Positions 13,001-26,100 of a stretch of DNA of 64,000 nucleotides are shown in pieces; the stretch's first letter is position 1; the number at the start of each line of letters is the position of its first letter. This DNA is from Rhynchobatus australiae. Taxonomy: Eukaryota. The notes under the pieces are model-generated. The model had not been told where the DNA came from, ran no database searches, and saw nothing but the letters and a program-made list of their open reading frames with translations. The position numbers and the translations under genes are program-made. The stretch covers positions 13,497,214-13,561,213 of the forward strand of contig JAUZTB010000078.1 of assembly GCA_034780895.1 (NCBI GenBank), read 5' to 3'.

Positions 13001-16000
13001 GCATAAAACACATTAAACCCAACTGGTTGTGTCAATGTTTATTCTTACAAGTGAATCAAATTGTTCTATTCACATTTACCACTGTTTCCATGCTGTAATT
13101 TTCCTAAGTATTTCTTTGGATTTCTATACAAAATGTACTGTGATTACAGTACCAGAAAATGTAACTTGTGATTTTGATAAGGGCTATTTTGTTGCTGTGG
13201 GCCAAAGGAACTGGACAATGACACAGTACACATGTTCTAGTATGTAGTCTATTAAACTGGAGCTATACCTCCTCAGATGCAGGTTCACAGATGATCAATT
13301 TTTAAGGGCAAGGAGGAATAATGGCAGATAAGAGAGAACCAGTTATGGTGTTAACTAGCATGGAATTAGATCTGTGAATGCACAGTGAAAATAATTTTTA
13401 GGAGACTACCAAAAGAGCAAGGAAAGAAAGTAGCAACTCAGAGGGGTTCATGAAAAGTTGCAGAATTACCAGGTAAGATAGCACCAAATAATGAAACAGN
13501 NNNNNNNNNNNNNNNNNNNNNNNNNNNNNNNNNNNNAAACTAAGGGCCAGAGGCTGGAATATTAAAAATTGGAAAAGATGATTAAATTAAATGTTAGTTA
13601 CTGAAAATGCAGGGATAACAAATTGGATGGTATCTTTTTGAATATAAAAATCAAGATAATTTTTTTGAAAATTAATTATCTTATTAGTTCTAATAAAAAG
13701 TGAAAGAGAAATGCTAGAACATTTAATTTCAGCCCATTAATTACAGGAGGACTTAGGTTTATTGTAAGCTAAGAGTTCTAGGGAAAAAATATCTAACTAT
13801 TTAACTAACAGAGATTGACAGCCCTTTGTAGGCAAATTTATCTGTCAGAGAAATTGGTCCTTATCTTAGGGAAAGAGAATGGATATGTGATTGAAGTGTC
13901 TGTGCAGAAACCCTTTGGGAACAGTAACCATAGTTCAGTAAGTTTCAATATGGTCATGGAAAAATATAAAGTTGATTATCAAGTTAGGACCCTAAATTGG
14001 GGAAGGTGGATTTCAATAATGTAAGACAGGACCAGGGAGAGGTAAATTGGGAGCAGCTGCTAGAGGGGAAAACAACATCTGATAAGTGTGAAGTGTTTTA
14101 AAGTAAGATAGTAAGAATTCAGAGTCAGCATGTAAAGGTAAGAGGTAAAGATGATAAGTTTATGGAACCTTAGTTAACAAAGAATAATGGAGGTTTGCTC
14201 AGGGAAAAGGAGGCGTTTGTCAAATACAGGAAAAATAGGTATTGAATAAGTCATTTGAGGTTAATGGGGGTATAGGAGAAAATGTAAGAAAGAAATTAGG
14301 AAGGCAAAAAGAGAACATGAAATGATCTTAGCAAGTAGGATTAGAGACCCTAAAACCTTTTTTGAGTATGCTAGAAGCTAGGAAGGAAGCTAAGGAAGGA
14401 ATAGATCGCCTCAAGGACTAAATAGGCAATGTATGCATGGAGCCAAGGGATATGAAGCCAAGGGATATGACCGAGATCCTAAATGAATACTTCTTATCAG
14501 TATTTACCACGGTGATGGACTTGGATGCAGGAGAGTTAAGGGAGGGATATGGTGATATTCTGTAGAATGTCTGTATCAGGAAGGATGAAGTGAAGAATAT
14601 TGGAACACATAAGGGTGGATAAATGCCCAGGGCCTGACAACACCTATCCCTGGATGCTAAGGGAAGCAAGGCAGGAGATTGCCTTGGGACATCTCTGATG
14701 GAGATCTTTGCACCTTCATTAGCCACAGGTTAGGTACCAAGAGGATAGTTAATGTTGTCCCCTTGCTCAAAAAGGGCTATAAAGATAAGCTGGTGAGCCT
14801 TACATAATTGGTAGGGAAGTTATTGGAGAAGATTCTGGGGGACAGGATTTATGTTCACTTAGAAAGGCAGGGACTGATTAGGATGATTCAGCTTGGTTTT
14901 GAGCAGGTGTGATCATGTCGCACTAATCTGTTTTGAGTTTTTGAGGAGGTAACTAAGAAAGTTGATGAAATTAGAGCAGAGTGGTTTACATGGACTTTAG
15001 CAAGGCTTTTGACAATGGTAGGTTGGTTATTGGTAGGTTGGTCCAGAGGTTAAGGCACAAAGGATCCAAGGCATGTTGGCAAACTGGATCCAGGCTTGGT
15101 GACATAAGACAAAAGAGTAGCAGCGGATGAGTATCTTTCTGAATGGAAATCTATAACATGCGGTGTACCACATGGATCCATGCTGGTAGCTTTTTTGTTT
15201 GTTTTATATATATAATGACTTAGATGAGAATGTAGGTGCTCTGATCAGTAAGTCTGCAGATGACACAAAAATTGGTAGAGATAAGGAAGGTTGTCTACAG
15301 ATACAGCAGGGCATTGATCAGCTGGAAAGTTGGACAGAGAAGTGACAGATGTAATTTCATCCAAACAATTGTGAGGTAATGTACTTTGGGAGGTCAAATT
15401 CTGGTAGGGCATATATGGAATAAATGGCAGGGACCTTAGGAGCAGTGACGTACGAAGAGACCGTACAGTGCAAGTCCATAGCTCTCTGAAAGTGGTGACA
15501 CAGGTGGATAGAGTAGTTGAAAAAGCAATTGATATGCTTGCCTTCATAGGCTGAGGCTTGGAGTATATGAGTTGGAATGTTATGTTGCAGTTGCACAGTC
15601 GGTTAGATTGCACTTTGAGCATGGTGTACATAATCACAGGAATGATATGGTAGCAATAGTGAGAATGCAGAAGAGATTCACCAGGATATTGCCTGAAATG
15701 GATGGCAGTGGTTATATGAGAGATTGGATATGTTGGGTTCCAGTGAGGGGTGACCTTACAGAGGTTTATAAAATTAAGAAGCTCAAAGATAGGATAGATT
15801 GTCAAAATCTTTTTCCCGGGGCATGAGAATCCGGTGGAATAAAACAAAGGTGGAAGTTGCACATGAAAGAATTAAGTCTGGTAATAAATGTTCAGCTCAA
15901 ACTGTTCTGATAAATATTTTAAGAGGAAGAGATAGGGGAGCGGCTATATATATGAAATTTCAAGGACTAGGAGCCAANNNNNNNNNNNNNNNNNNNNNNN

Positions 16001-18113
16001 NNNNNNNNNNNNNNNNNNNNNNNNNNNNNNNNNNNNNNNNNNNNNNNNNNNNNNNNNNNNNNNNNNNNNNNNNNNNNCATTGAAGGCAACAATGCTAATG
16101 GTGGAATACACAAAATGTTTGAATTAAAGACACAGACTATCTGGGAGTCAGAAAGCTGAGCTGCAACAAACTCAGGAGTGAGGTAAAGAGAGGATGTTGT
16201 GGGAGCTGAAGATAAACATATAGCAATTGGGACACATGGTTAGTGTTAAGCAGCACTGTGATTAAAACACTGGACAAGCATCTCAACACCTGGACTATTG
16301 AAATATGAGTTAGAATCCCAGCACGATAGTTGGGTAATTACATAATTCATGTAAAACAGGAATTAATAAAATCAGTAAGTTAGTATCAATAATGGTGACC
16401 ATAAATTCACTGGATTGTTGTAAAAGTGACCTGGTTTGCTTCCTTTGAGGAAGATAAGTTTGCCATTCTTACCTGGTCTGGTCTATATGACTTCAAACCT
16501 AAAATAATGTTATTGCCTCCTGAAAGTATTCTAAAATAGTCTTGCAAACTTGTTAGTCCAGGAGTAGTTAGGGTTGAGCAATTAATATTGGCCTTGCTTC
16601 TAATATTTGTATCCTATCAACGATATTTAATTCAAAACATATTTGCCCACCACTGCCTGATTTAACTTTATGTTCTATTCGGTTCAACTCGGTTGTGTCT
16701 TGGACCATGAGATTTGCAGCAGACTGCCAGTATGTTAACAATGTATAAAGATTCTTGTCTGCAACTATAACTTCATCATTTACATTATTTTTCCAGGATT
16801 TCTCCAAATTTTCCGTCAAGCAATGGCAGACTGGGAGAGATCCCAGGCATATTCTACCTATTATGAACAAATAATAACAGTATTATTTAAACACAGGCAA
16901 GAGAATTGACATGACAGCTCCTGTTCTGCTTAAGATACCTGAAAGTGAAAGAATAATGGAAGTCAAGAACTACATTGTCCACTTTTTGTTGCCAGCTGCT
17001 TATCAAGAAAACCCCCCAGCACCCACTGATCCTGATGTAAGTAATTAGGTAGTCCAAATTTCATATAAAAACAGAGTTTGAACTAGATTTATGTTTGCTT
17101 CATCTTTTTAACCTTTGCCCCTTTACAAAATATCATTCAGTGGTTGAAAGGTGAGACATCAATATACCCTAAAGTTCAATGAATATCACTTTTCATATGG
17201 CTATCAAACAGTACACACATTGACAGTGTGATCCAACCTTTAACTTGCAAGTAAAATTTTGAAGTGGGGGCCCACGGACAAAAAAATGCATCTGCCTAAC
17301 ACACTAGCAATTTACCCTAACTTCAGAGGTATAGTATGGCAGTCACTTAACCCAAACTGGCATCAATCACTGTGGTCTTCCTTAATTAGTCATTAATGCT
17401 TCATAAATCAGCACCTAGAAACATAGATGTATTGTGCCACAATGACAGTAAACTATTTCCTTAAGAAGTTGCCACTGAATTCTTACAACTATAATGTATC
17501 TATCCAGGCAACAAAGCTGTTTATGTTAGCTCAAAACAAACTAGTTTCAAGCACATTCATTCTCTTTTTAATTATTTTGGTAATTGTATCTTAATACTTT
17601 TTCAAGCTTTTTAAGTCTTCTCATCTTAATACTTCCCTTTAGCATGTGCTAAAAAGTCAGATTTTATTTTACTCCTGAATGCTGGCAGTATTACTTGGCA
17701 ATATACAGGAGCAGCAAAAGAAACAAGCTTTACCCTTGATACTATTGCTCTTTCTCAAGAGTAACATCACATCTCTATTAACTGCTGGATTAGAGACTCA
17801 GACCTATAATCTACCATTTTGTGGTACTAGAATAACTATAAACAATGAACTTTTAAGGTAGGGGTTCTTCTTATCACATTAAGCAATTGATCCTGGCCAT
17901 TTTACATTTCTAATTTCAACCTGCTGATATTTTTCTTTTATATGAACAGGTTTATTTTATTGAATTCCCAGAGATGTATGTTTTTGTGAAATCCTTTGGA
18001 GGTTGGTTACTGACATGGAATTCAAAATTCTATTCCTCAAGACTGAAAACACAACTGAGTAAAGCTAACCAGAGTTTTGTTTCTGGTTATTACTATGGCG
18101 CTGGCTACAACAG
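4017..18113 (+). CDS. SOUL-family heme-binding protein 2-like, signal-peptide-bearing (spliced; 3' end missing, probably in a gap)
   Basis: Six phase-compatible GT-AG exons give MYWTGLFLFLLFGLMEAANSNSRPAHCKEGKECFNYDLICANSGYEVRHYKASKWVATNTTSFFMEFASYEGFKKLFQYIQGKNEEGKRIDMTAPVLLKIPESERIMEVKNYIVHFLLPAAYQENPPAPTDPDVYFIEFPEMYVFVKSFGGWLLTWNSKFYSSRLKTQLSKANQSFVSGYYYGAGYNS. It carries the SOUL hallmarks YEVRHY, FxxLFxYIxGxN, IxMTAPV, PPxPxDPxV, VxSFGG and AGYNS. Confidence 0.93.
4420..4735 (-). mobile_element. CR1 LINE 3' fragment
   Basis: Minus-strand RTRxxxxKGRPFRTEMRKNFFT, typical of the CR1 ORF2 C-terminus, plus 3'UTR. Confidence 0.75.
5412..6110 (-). mobile_element. Penelope-like element 3' fragment with terminal repeat and hammerhead-like motif (5503-5540)
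   Basis: Homologous by eye to 60590-61200 (end of GIY-YIG region, purine-rich tract, terminal repeat). Confidence 0.75.
6150..6420 (-). mobile_element. CR1 LINE 3' fragment
   Basis: SQTRAHSYKIKGWSFKTEVYRNFFFQRIVN on the minus strand. Confidence 0.75.
7852..7908 (+). CDS. SOUL-like exon 2 (signal peptide YWTGLFLFLLFGLMEAAN)
   Basis: Polypyrimidine acceptor tttatcttcag, donor ag|gtcaga, 57 bp, phase 2-2, hydrophobic core. Confidence 0.85.
8945..9340 (+). mobile_element. tRNA-derived SINE
   Basis: Pol III A-box-like ctggtagagc and B-box gggttcattcc, central gtggagtttgcatgtt...ccacgtcccaaagac domain, CR1-like 3' tail. Confidence 0.75.
10375..10453 (+). CDS. SOUL-like exon 3 (NSRPAHCKEGKECFNYDLICANSGYE)
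   Basis: Acceptor ttttctttgaccag, donor gag|gtgaga. Joins in frame to VRHY. Confidence 0.9.
11179..11299 (+). CDS. SOUL-like exon 4 (VRHYKASKWV...KLFQYIQGKNEE)
   Basis: Acceptor ttttatatgcag, donor g|gtatga. Core SOUL motif. Confidence 0.93.
11440..11760 (+). mobile_element. tRNA-derived SINE, same family
   Basis: gggtttgatcctgacctc...tttgcacatcctccctgtg...cctacatcccaa, homologous to 8945-9340. Confidence 0.7.
13560..15830 (+). mobile_element. Decayed CR1 LINE ORF2 (endonuclease end plus RT) in SOUL-like intron 4
   Basis: Fragments resembling YMDFSKAFD, GVPxGSxL, ISKxADDTK and MQKRFTRILP, with many stops and frameshifts. Confidence 0.9.
16897..17036 (+). CDS. SOUL-like exon 5 (KRIDMTAPV...QENPPAPTDPD)
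   Basis: Acceptor acacag, donor gat|gtaagt. MTAPV and PPxPTDP motifs. Confidence 0.93.
17950..18113 (+). CDS. SOUL-like exon 6 (VYFIEFPEMYVFVKSFGG...GAGYNS)
   Basis: Acceptor ttttatatgaacag, donor ag|gtaaaa. VKSFGG and AGYNS motifs. Confidence 0.93.
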
Positions 18114-20631
18114 GTAAAAATTTGATGCAAATTACCAGCTGTTGTTTAATTTGATTTTTCACTGGGTAAAAGAATGGATGGCAGATCCATGTGTTATAAG
18201 ACACATATAGTCCTCTATATTTAGTTTAAAGATTTGAAGTTAGGAGATAACAAGTATTCTTTAACTCTACCTGGCAAACATCTTTGCAACACAGATGGGA
18301 GATATGGGTGCAGGGTGACTGTCCACATCAGGTCCCAATGAGCTCCAAGGAAAGTAAAGATAATACNNNNNNNNNNNNNNNNNNNNNNNNNNNNNNNNNN
18401 NNNNNNNNNNNNNNNNNNNNNNNNNNNNNNNNNNNNNNNNNNNNNNNNNNNNNNNNNNNNNNNNNNNNNNNNNNNNNNNNNNNNNNNNNNNNNNNNNNNN
18501 NNNNNNNNNNNNNNNNNNNNNNNNNNNNNNNNNNNNNNNNNNNNNNNNNNNNNNNNNNNNNNNNNNNNNNNNNNNNNNNNNNNNNNNNNNNNNNNNNNNN
18601 NNNNNNNNNNNNNNNNNNNNNNNNNNNNNNNNNNNNNNNNNNNNNNNNNNNNNNNNNNNNNNNNNNNNNNNNNNNNNNNNNNNNNNNNNNNNNNNNNNNN
18701 NNNNNNNNNNNNNNNNNNNNNNNNNNNNNNNNNNNNNNNNNNNNNNNNNNNNNNNNNNNNNNNNNNNNNNNNNNNNNNNNNNNNNNNNNNNNNNNNNNNN
18801 NNNNNNNNNNNNNNNNNNNNNNNNNNNNNNNNNNNNNNNNNNNNNNNNNNNNNNNNNNNNNNNNNNNNNNNNNNNNNNNNNNNNNNNNNNNNNNNNNNNN
18901 NNNNNNNNNNNNNNNNNNNNNNNNNNNNNNNNNNNNNNNNNNNNNNNNNNNNNNNNNNNNNNNNNNNNNNNNNNNNNNNNNNNNNNNNNNNNNNNNNNNN
19001 NNNNNNNNNNNNNNNNNNNNNNNNNNNNNNNNNNNNNNNNNNNNNNNNNNNNNNNNNNNNNNNNNNNNNNNNNNNNNNNNNNNNNNNNNNNNNNNNNNNN
19101 NNNNNNNNNNNNNNNNNNNNNNNNNNNNNNNNNNNNNNNNNNNNNNNNNNNNNNNNNNNNNNNNNNNNNNNNNNNNNNNNNNNNNNNNNNNNNNNNNNNN
19201 NNNNNNNNNNNNNNNNNNNNNNNNNNNNNNNNNNNNNNNNNNNNNNNNNNNNNNNNNNNNNNNNNNNNNNNNNNNNNNNNNNNNNNNNNNNNNNNNNNNN
19301 NNNNNNNNNNNNNNNNNNNNNNNNNNNNNNNNNNNNNNNNNNNNGTAAAACACATCATATTTGTATTCATAGCTTGTGGTATCATAGAAACAAACCTGCC
19401 ATTATTATCTGTCTGGATTGACAGAACATATCTGATGACAAATTCTCTATTGCTCAAAAACACACTGATCATTGTTTCATCTTTCAAAATATTGAGATTA
19501 GATTAGCAAAGGTCATGATATTAAGCTTTTTTCCCTGAAACCAAATTTTTGCAAGAGAGAATTTATTTGCATTCTACCAGTTGTTGGTATTTAATTACTA
19601 GAGATGCAAAAAAAAGTATTTCTTTCCAGTTTTGTTTTCTCTTTTTTGCATATTCAACAGATAACTAGCCATGTGAACAACCCCAGCAAGTGCTGGCAAA
19701 ATAATCTGTGGCCAAACACTTCATCACACGCAAAATTGACCAATATGTAACTCATCTGCAACTGGAGGTTATTGATTTTTTAAAAGGATGTTTGATTGCA
19801 GAACCACTATCAGAATTAAGAGTATGACTATCTAACAGAAAAGCATGATAGATTTTGCTGATTTGTCTTCTGAAAAGTAATTCTGGAGTTAAATAATTAT
19901 TTGTTTTTTTCAATCTTCTAGTTTTCCCAGTACTTAATCAATGCTACAAGATGGCAGTAGCCACAANNNNNNNNNNNNNNNNNNNNNNNNNNNNNNNNNN
20001 NNNNNNNNNNNNNNNNNNNNNNNNNNNNNNNNNNNNNNNNNNNNNNNNNNNNNNNNNNNNNNNNNNNNNNNNNNNNNNNNNNNNNNNNNNNNNNNNNNNN
20101 NNNNNNNNNNNNNNNNNNNNNNNNNNNNNNNNNNNNNNNNNNNNNNNNNNNNNNNNNNNNNNNNNNNNNNNNNNNNNNNNNNNNNNNNNNNNNNNNNNNN
20201 NNNNNNNNNNNNNNNNNNNNNNNNNNNNNNNNNNNNNNNNNNNNNNNNNNNNNNNNNNNNNNNNNNNNNNNNNNNNNNNNNNNNNNNNNNNNNNNNNNNN
20301 NNNNNNNNNNNNNNNNNNNNNCCGCAAGACCACAGAATTGTTCAACAAATGTCAACCCTCACTGTAGCCTCTTCAAGATGCTGTTATGTTATACATATGA
20401 TGATTGAAATAAAATATGAACACCTTACTAGGCAATTAATTTTAGTTAATCAACTGTACTTTGAAACTAAGTTTAAAGCTTTATTTCTTTAATTGACTCT
20501 GGACATAATTGTGGGGGAAACTGCAAATTCATTTTTTCAATTCTGCATCAATATTGAATGCTATTTTCTATAAGTCTAAATATTGAATTTAATTCAGGTT
20601 ATGCATGCTATTGTATAGTTCTTTTTATTTC

Positions 20632-20637
20632 AATAAA
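20632..20637 (+). terminator. Candidate polyadenylation signal of the SOUL-like gene
   Basis: AATAAA at the end of an AT-rich UTR-like stretch after gap 19967-20321, with GU-rich tgtgtgtattt about 25 bp downstream. Confidence 0.4.
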
Positions 20638-22661
20638 TTAGTTACTTGCATGTACATCATATGTGTGTATTTCTATAACAGGTTTTCCATTAGCTCTTCC
20701 TGTAAATATGAAGTGGTACTAGAATGGAAACATATCGCCAAATCAGGCTGTCTAATCCACTGTCTGTCACACAGAGATCTTGATGAAAAAGAAATCGAGT
20801 GGGGTAAGGGGGAAGTTACAAGGCAAATTTTATTTTATTTGCTGTCAGCATAAGCTTCACCTGCTGTGAGTGCATGTCAGGAAATCTCATTTAGTTTAAT
20901 ATGTAGAAAACTAATNNNNNNNNNNNNNNNNNNNNNNNNNNNNNNNNNNNNNNNNNNNNNNNNNNNNNNNNNNNNNNNNNNNNNNNNNNNNNNNNNNNNN
21001 NNNNNNNNNNNNNNNNNNNNNNNNNNNNNNNNNNNNNNNNNNCTGCTGCATTCGTGCTTGTAAAGATAATCCACATTGTTGGTCAGGAGTTCCAGGATTT
21101 AGACCCAGCAATGATGAAGGAATGGCGATACATTTCCAAGTCAGATGGTGTGCAACTTGAGGGACAGTGCACAGATGGAGGTGTTCCCCTGCTCCTGAAG
21201 CTCTGGGTTGGTGGTAAAAATCTCAGATTTGGCAGCTACTGTTGGAATAGCCCAGGCAAACACAGTAAAATTCTGATATCCAATTATTCAAGAAATACCA
21301 ATGGTTTGGCATCTGCCTCAATCAGTCTGGAATATGAACTAGGAGGGCAGCTGGGGCTTGGGATTGGTTGGTGGACTGGTTGTGCAATTGGAGCCATGGA
21401 GGGGAACACTGGGGTTCAGGAACATGGGTAGGTCTGCAATCAGAGATGGGATCCAGATTGCTTGTATGTTTAAGCTTGTTTTGACCCAGGTTCCCTCTAG
21501 CCTCACCAGGGTCACTGGAAAATTTGTTAAAATATTGTGTATTATGTAAAACAAAGTAAAAGAAAACATTTTGGGGTATTAATAGCAGTAAGATCCAATA
21601 GTCAGAAAATCTGCTTGACCAGCACTACCAATGTCCTGAGAGTGTCAGATTATCAGTTTTACTGTAATTGGAGTTGCACATTGCAACAACTCTCTGCCAG
21701 AGATAGGGCACACTGCAGCNNNNNNNNNNNNNNNNNNNNNNNNNNNNNNNNNNNNNNNNNNNNNNNNNNNNNNNNNNNNNNNNNNNNNNNNNNNNNNNNN
21801 NNNNNNNNNNNNNNNNNNNNNNNNNNNNNNNNNNNNNNNNNNNNNNNNNNNNNNNNNNNNNNNNNNNNNNNNNNNNNNNNNNNNNNNNNNNNNNNNNNNN
21901 NNNNNNNNNNNNNNNNNNNNNNNNNNNNNNNNNNNNNNNNNNNNNNNNNNNNNNNNNNNNNNNNNNNNNNNNNNNNNNNNNNNNNNNNNNNNNNNNNNNN
22001 NNNNNNNNNNNNNNNNNNNNNNNNNNNNNNNNNNNNNNNNNNNNNNNNNNNNNNNNNNNNNNNNNNNNNNNNNNNNNNNNNNNNNNNNNNNNNNNNNNNN
22101 NNNNNNNNNNNNNNNNNNNNNNNNNNNNNNNNNNNNNNNNNNNNNNNNNNNNNNNNNNNNNNNNNNNNNNNNNNNNNNNNNNNNNNNNNNNNNNNNNNNN
22201 NNNNNNNNNNNNNNNNNNNNNNNNNNNNNNNNNNNNNNNNNNNNNNNNNNNNNNNNNNNNNNNNNNNNNNNNNNNNCAAGTGTTATTCAACACTGAGTAT
22301 TGATTCATCAGCTGATGAAGGATGATAGGTGATAGTTAGGATTAGATATCCTTATTCACATTTGAACTGATGCCATGACTTAATGGGGTCTGGAGTCTTC
22401 ACTGAAGTCACTAAAATTACAAGTACATGCTTCCCTACTGACCACCATGGAGGTCATTGTTTCCCAGAATTGTAGAAGATTGATGTAACATTTATAATTA
22501 GTAATAGAAGGGGATATACATTGGAGACTCATTTGTACACAACTTCTTCCAAAGTATGTGTAGAACTCGCAACTAGAACTCATTGGTGGTTTCTGTTGAG
22601 TATCAGGCTGAACATTCCACAAGCTGTCCAGCTTTTCAAAAATAGTTGCTAATCATCTGCA

Positions 22662-22707
22662 CTTTATGTGGACAGTACATGCTTGTGCATGTACTGTCCA
22701 CATAAAG
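22662..22707. repeat. Perfect 21-bp inverted repeat with 4-nt loop
   Basis: ctttatgtggacagtacatgc-ttgt-gcatgtactgtccacataaag. Confidence 0.95.
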
Positions 22708-22907
22708 ATATTAGATCAATCTGAAAATCACCATAAGTCATTGTGAATTACTGAGCCTTTCAAAAAGGGAATCATATAGTCACTTAAGGGAAAATAACAT
22801 GCAGGGANNNNNNNNNNNNNNNNNNNNNNNNNNNNNNNNNNNNNNNNNNNNNNNNNNNNNNNNNNNNNNNNNNNNNNNNNNNNNNNNNNNNNNNNNNNNN
22901 NNNNNNN

Positions 22908-23150
22908 TACCATTGGGGAGGAGGTACAGCAGCCTGAAGACCCACACTCAATGTTTCAGGAACAGCTTCTTCCCCTCTGCCATCAGATTTCTGAACTGTC
23001 CATGAAACCATGAACACTACCTCATTGTTCTTCTTTTGCACTATTTATTTTGTAACTTCTAGTAATTTTTATGTCTTGCACTCTACTGCTGCCACAAAGC
23101 AACACATTTCACAACATATGTCAGTGATAATAAACATGATTCTAATTCTG
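22908..23150 (+). mobile_element. Rex1/Babar-type LINE 3' end
   Basis: PLGRRYSSLKTHTQCFRNSFFPSAIRFLN followed by 3'UTR ending aataaac...gattct(a/g) repeats. Confidence 0.75.
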
Positions 23151-26100
23151 ACATGGCCGAAGATGTTTCAGTGATCTTTAGCAGAGTATAGAGCTCCTTC
23201 AACACACAATTACTTCAAGCAATTCCAAAACCCCTTTGTCCTCTTTAATTCCCTTCTCAATGCTCCTGCTTTGCCTATGCTTTAACTGCCAATCTTACCC
23301 TTATTTTCTTATCTCTTTGCAAGAGAATTTGGAGCAAAAGGCCTGCCAAACATCGGCATCTTAATCTTAAACTCTTACTGCTTATAGTTTGAGGGTAGGC
23401 ATTCAGCCCTTGTCATGGGTGATGCCAAGGCTGGAACACATGGCATCCTTGTATTGCTCCAGACTGTCAATCTTCCACCTTTACCCAGCATCCATCCCAA
23501 GGACCTGCAGCTCACCTATAACCTTCCATCTACCCTTGATGCAAAGTCCCCAAGGCAAATGGTTGCACAGGAGAAAGTTGATGATACTCTGGATGCTGCC
23601 TGGACCTCAGCACGTACCGGTCTTGGAACACTTCCCTCACAGCATCATGATAAGAGAACTGGGGAGATGAAACTAGGGTGTCTAATACCACTAATCAGAA
23701 ATGGAGTCAGCAACAGGTTCAAGCTGGCATTGGACAAGGCCACCTTAGTCCTGAGTTTTTTGGTAGAATGAGGAGCCAACCACCCCCTCCCCCTTCAGGT
23801 AGAAAAGGCATGAGAAGAGGTGGCTTTTGAGAATGCCACTTCTCATCCCAAGTATCCCTGAGGTTGGATGGGAGAATGAGTCTGAGACACCTGAAAACCT
23901 GATAGTTGGAAGCAAGTGCACATACCCATTAGCAAAATGAAAGGAAGCTCCTCATTACAGGCTTTCAGCTCCCAGATCTTCAAATAAAAGGCACGCAGAC
24001 AATAGGAACTGCCAGGAAGTCTTTAGTCTTGCTTTTAACAGCTGATTTTGCCAACTGCTGCACCTTATGGGAACACTTGAAGCTTTCCCCAGCTGAATTT
24101 CCATCCACATCACCGTTGGCTATTATGGAGCTGCCTATAACTGAGGTCCTGATGACTCATAAGACGAAAGTCAACCTACTCAAACAATTTCAGGTGAAAC
24201 TGTTTCTTAGTGCACAGACTTCCTAGCTGGAAAATGTGATAATGAACCAATCTGGTTGGCCCTTTAATGAGCAGGTAAAGGAATTGCTTAATATCTAAAT
24301 GAACTATTTATTCATCTCGTGCATGTAAACCACTCAAAATGTTTTTCCAACTCTAAAATATAAAGAGCTAAAAATTCCCTGTGTTTCTTGCCAAAAGAAT
24401 TGGAGGACAGGCCGGCTCCACTTATCAGAATATCATATGACTGATGAGGCTTACTCTACCCCTCCCACCCTCCTTTTAGTGGTTGGGTCTGCAACCTTCT
24501 TTGTATTTTGATGGAAAACTTTCATTATATGACAGGAAATTTTAGAGGTAAGTTTTAGATCACTTGTTCCTTTCCTTTCAGAGACATGGATCGGCTGGAT
24601 GGTCCTGTCAACTGCAGGTGCAGCACTACATTTCTCCCAAAACCTGGAGAGGAACTCCCCCCATGTTTTCTAAAGTTTCACAGTTTGTTAACTATATTGA
24701 TGATTAAAGCCTGTTCACACTTCTGCTAGAAGAGCAAATAAAGTCATTTCAAGCAATCACAACTGATGCCTGACATTTTTGGTAAACATAGCAAAAACAT
24801 AGCAAAAAATAATTTCTAGGAACTTATTTGTTATTGGTTTTGCCAGTAAAATAGTATTAGAAATGCACTTCAAAGTGCTCATTATATCACTGAGAAAGAC
24901 TTCAACTTTTCCTCTTTGCAATTTTGCTAAATATGTTTTGTCAATGTCTAACACAGTTGGGTGTGGAGGATGGAGTCGTTCATCTTGAGGCTTTGAGCAA
25001 AATGAAGTGTTGCATGATCTGTTGAAAGGGCCAATTCATGTCTGTATAAACAGGGTCAACATCCTGGGCTCTTAAAGGACGTGATATTGCCAAAGAGGAA
25101 AGCATGAAAAGACTCATTTGGCACTGTGTTAGCATAAAGGACTCCCGTACATGCTGCGCCTCTAACCATCTGGAAGCTTTCACAACTCGGTCTTGATGCC
25201 TTCTCCATTATTCTGCAATTTGTCACCATTCCTGTTAACCAAACTGTTGAAAGACAATTAGGGCATCCTGGGGCTGGGGAAGGGAGGCAGGCCTCAGATA
25301 TTGGCATCCAAGGCCTCGTTGCTACTCAAGGGCCCCATTCTGCTTTGCAGGTTGCAGAGGGCATTTTTGGCAGCCGCTTCATATCCAGAAGAGGGTAATG
25401 CAGCTGGGCAGGCAACACAGATTGAGGATGGATCCAGTACAAATTTGCACAAATGTTTCAGCTCCATGACCTTTCTTCCAATCTGACCCAATCTGCTTTG
25501 ATTTAAAAATTATAAAAATGCACATCCCATGTAGTTAAGGAGTCATGTAATTAATTAATCAATTAGTTATTAACTACATATTTCCAACAGCAGCAATGTT
25601 TGAACTCAGTGAATTTGAGTTGCTGCCTTGAAACATTAAGCCAGAAAAATGGTTAATAAAAAAATGCACGTCTTTCATGTGTAATTCATGCTTAAAAAAC
25701 ATTTTCACTCAACTTTTGAAGTTTTTGAAGTTTTGAAGTCTTCACCTTTACAGCAGAAGTCCCACCCATCAGGGAACTGGATTGAACATTTCCTGTCGCA
25801 ATTCATCTAAATGCTGTATTCATTTTCTGTCACAATTTGCACATGGAACCATTAAGTAGCTCACTACTGGAACATGAATTTCTTAGCACTGACCCCTTCC
25901 CCCCCCACCTTGATTTACACATGTTGCCCATTTACAGACAGGCAGCACTGGGAAAGACTGTAGCATCTGGGCATCAGATACGACCCTGAAGCTTGCTGTA
26001 AAAAAAATGTTCCCTATAAGGCCCTCAGCTTGATGACGACCAATATTTGTGGATGTAGTAAATTGTGCACAGATGCTGAGCATGCAAACACCAATTATTA

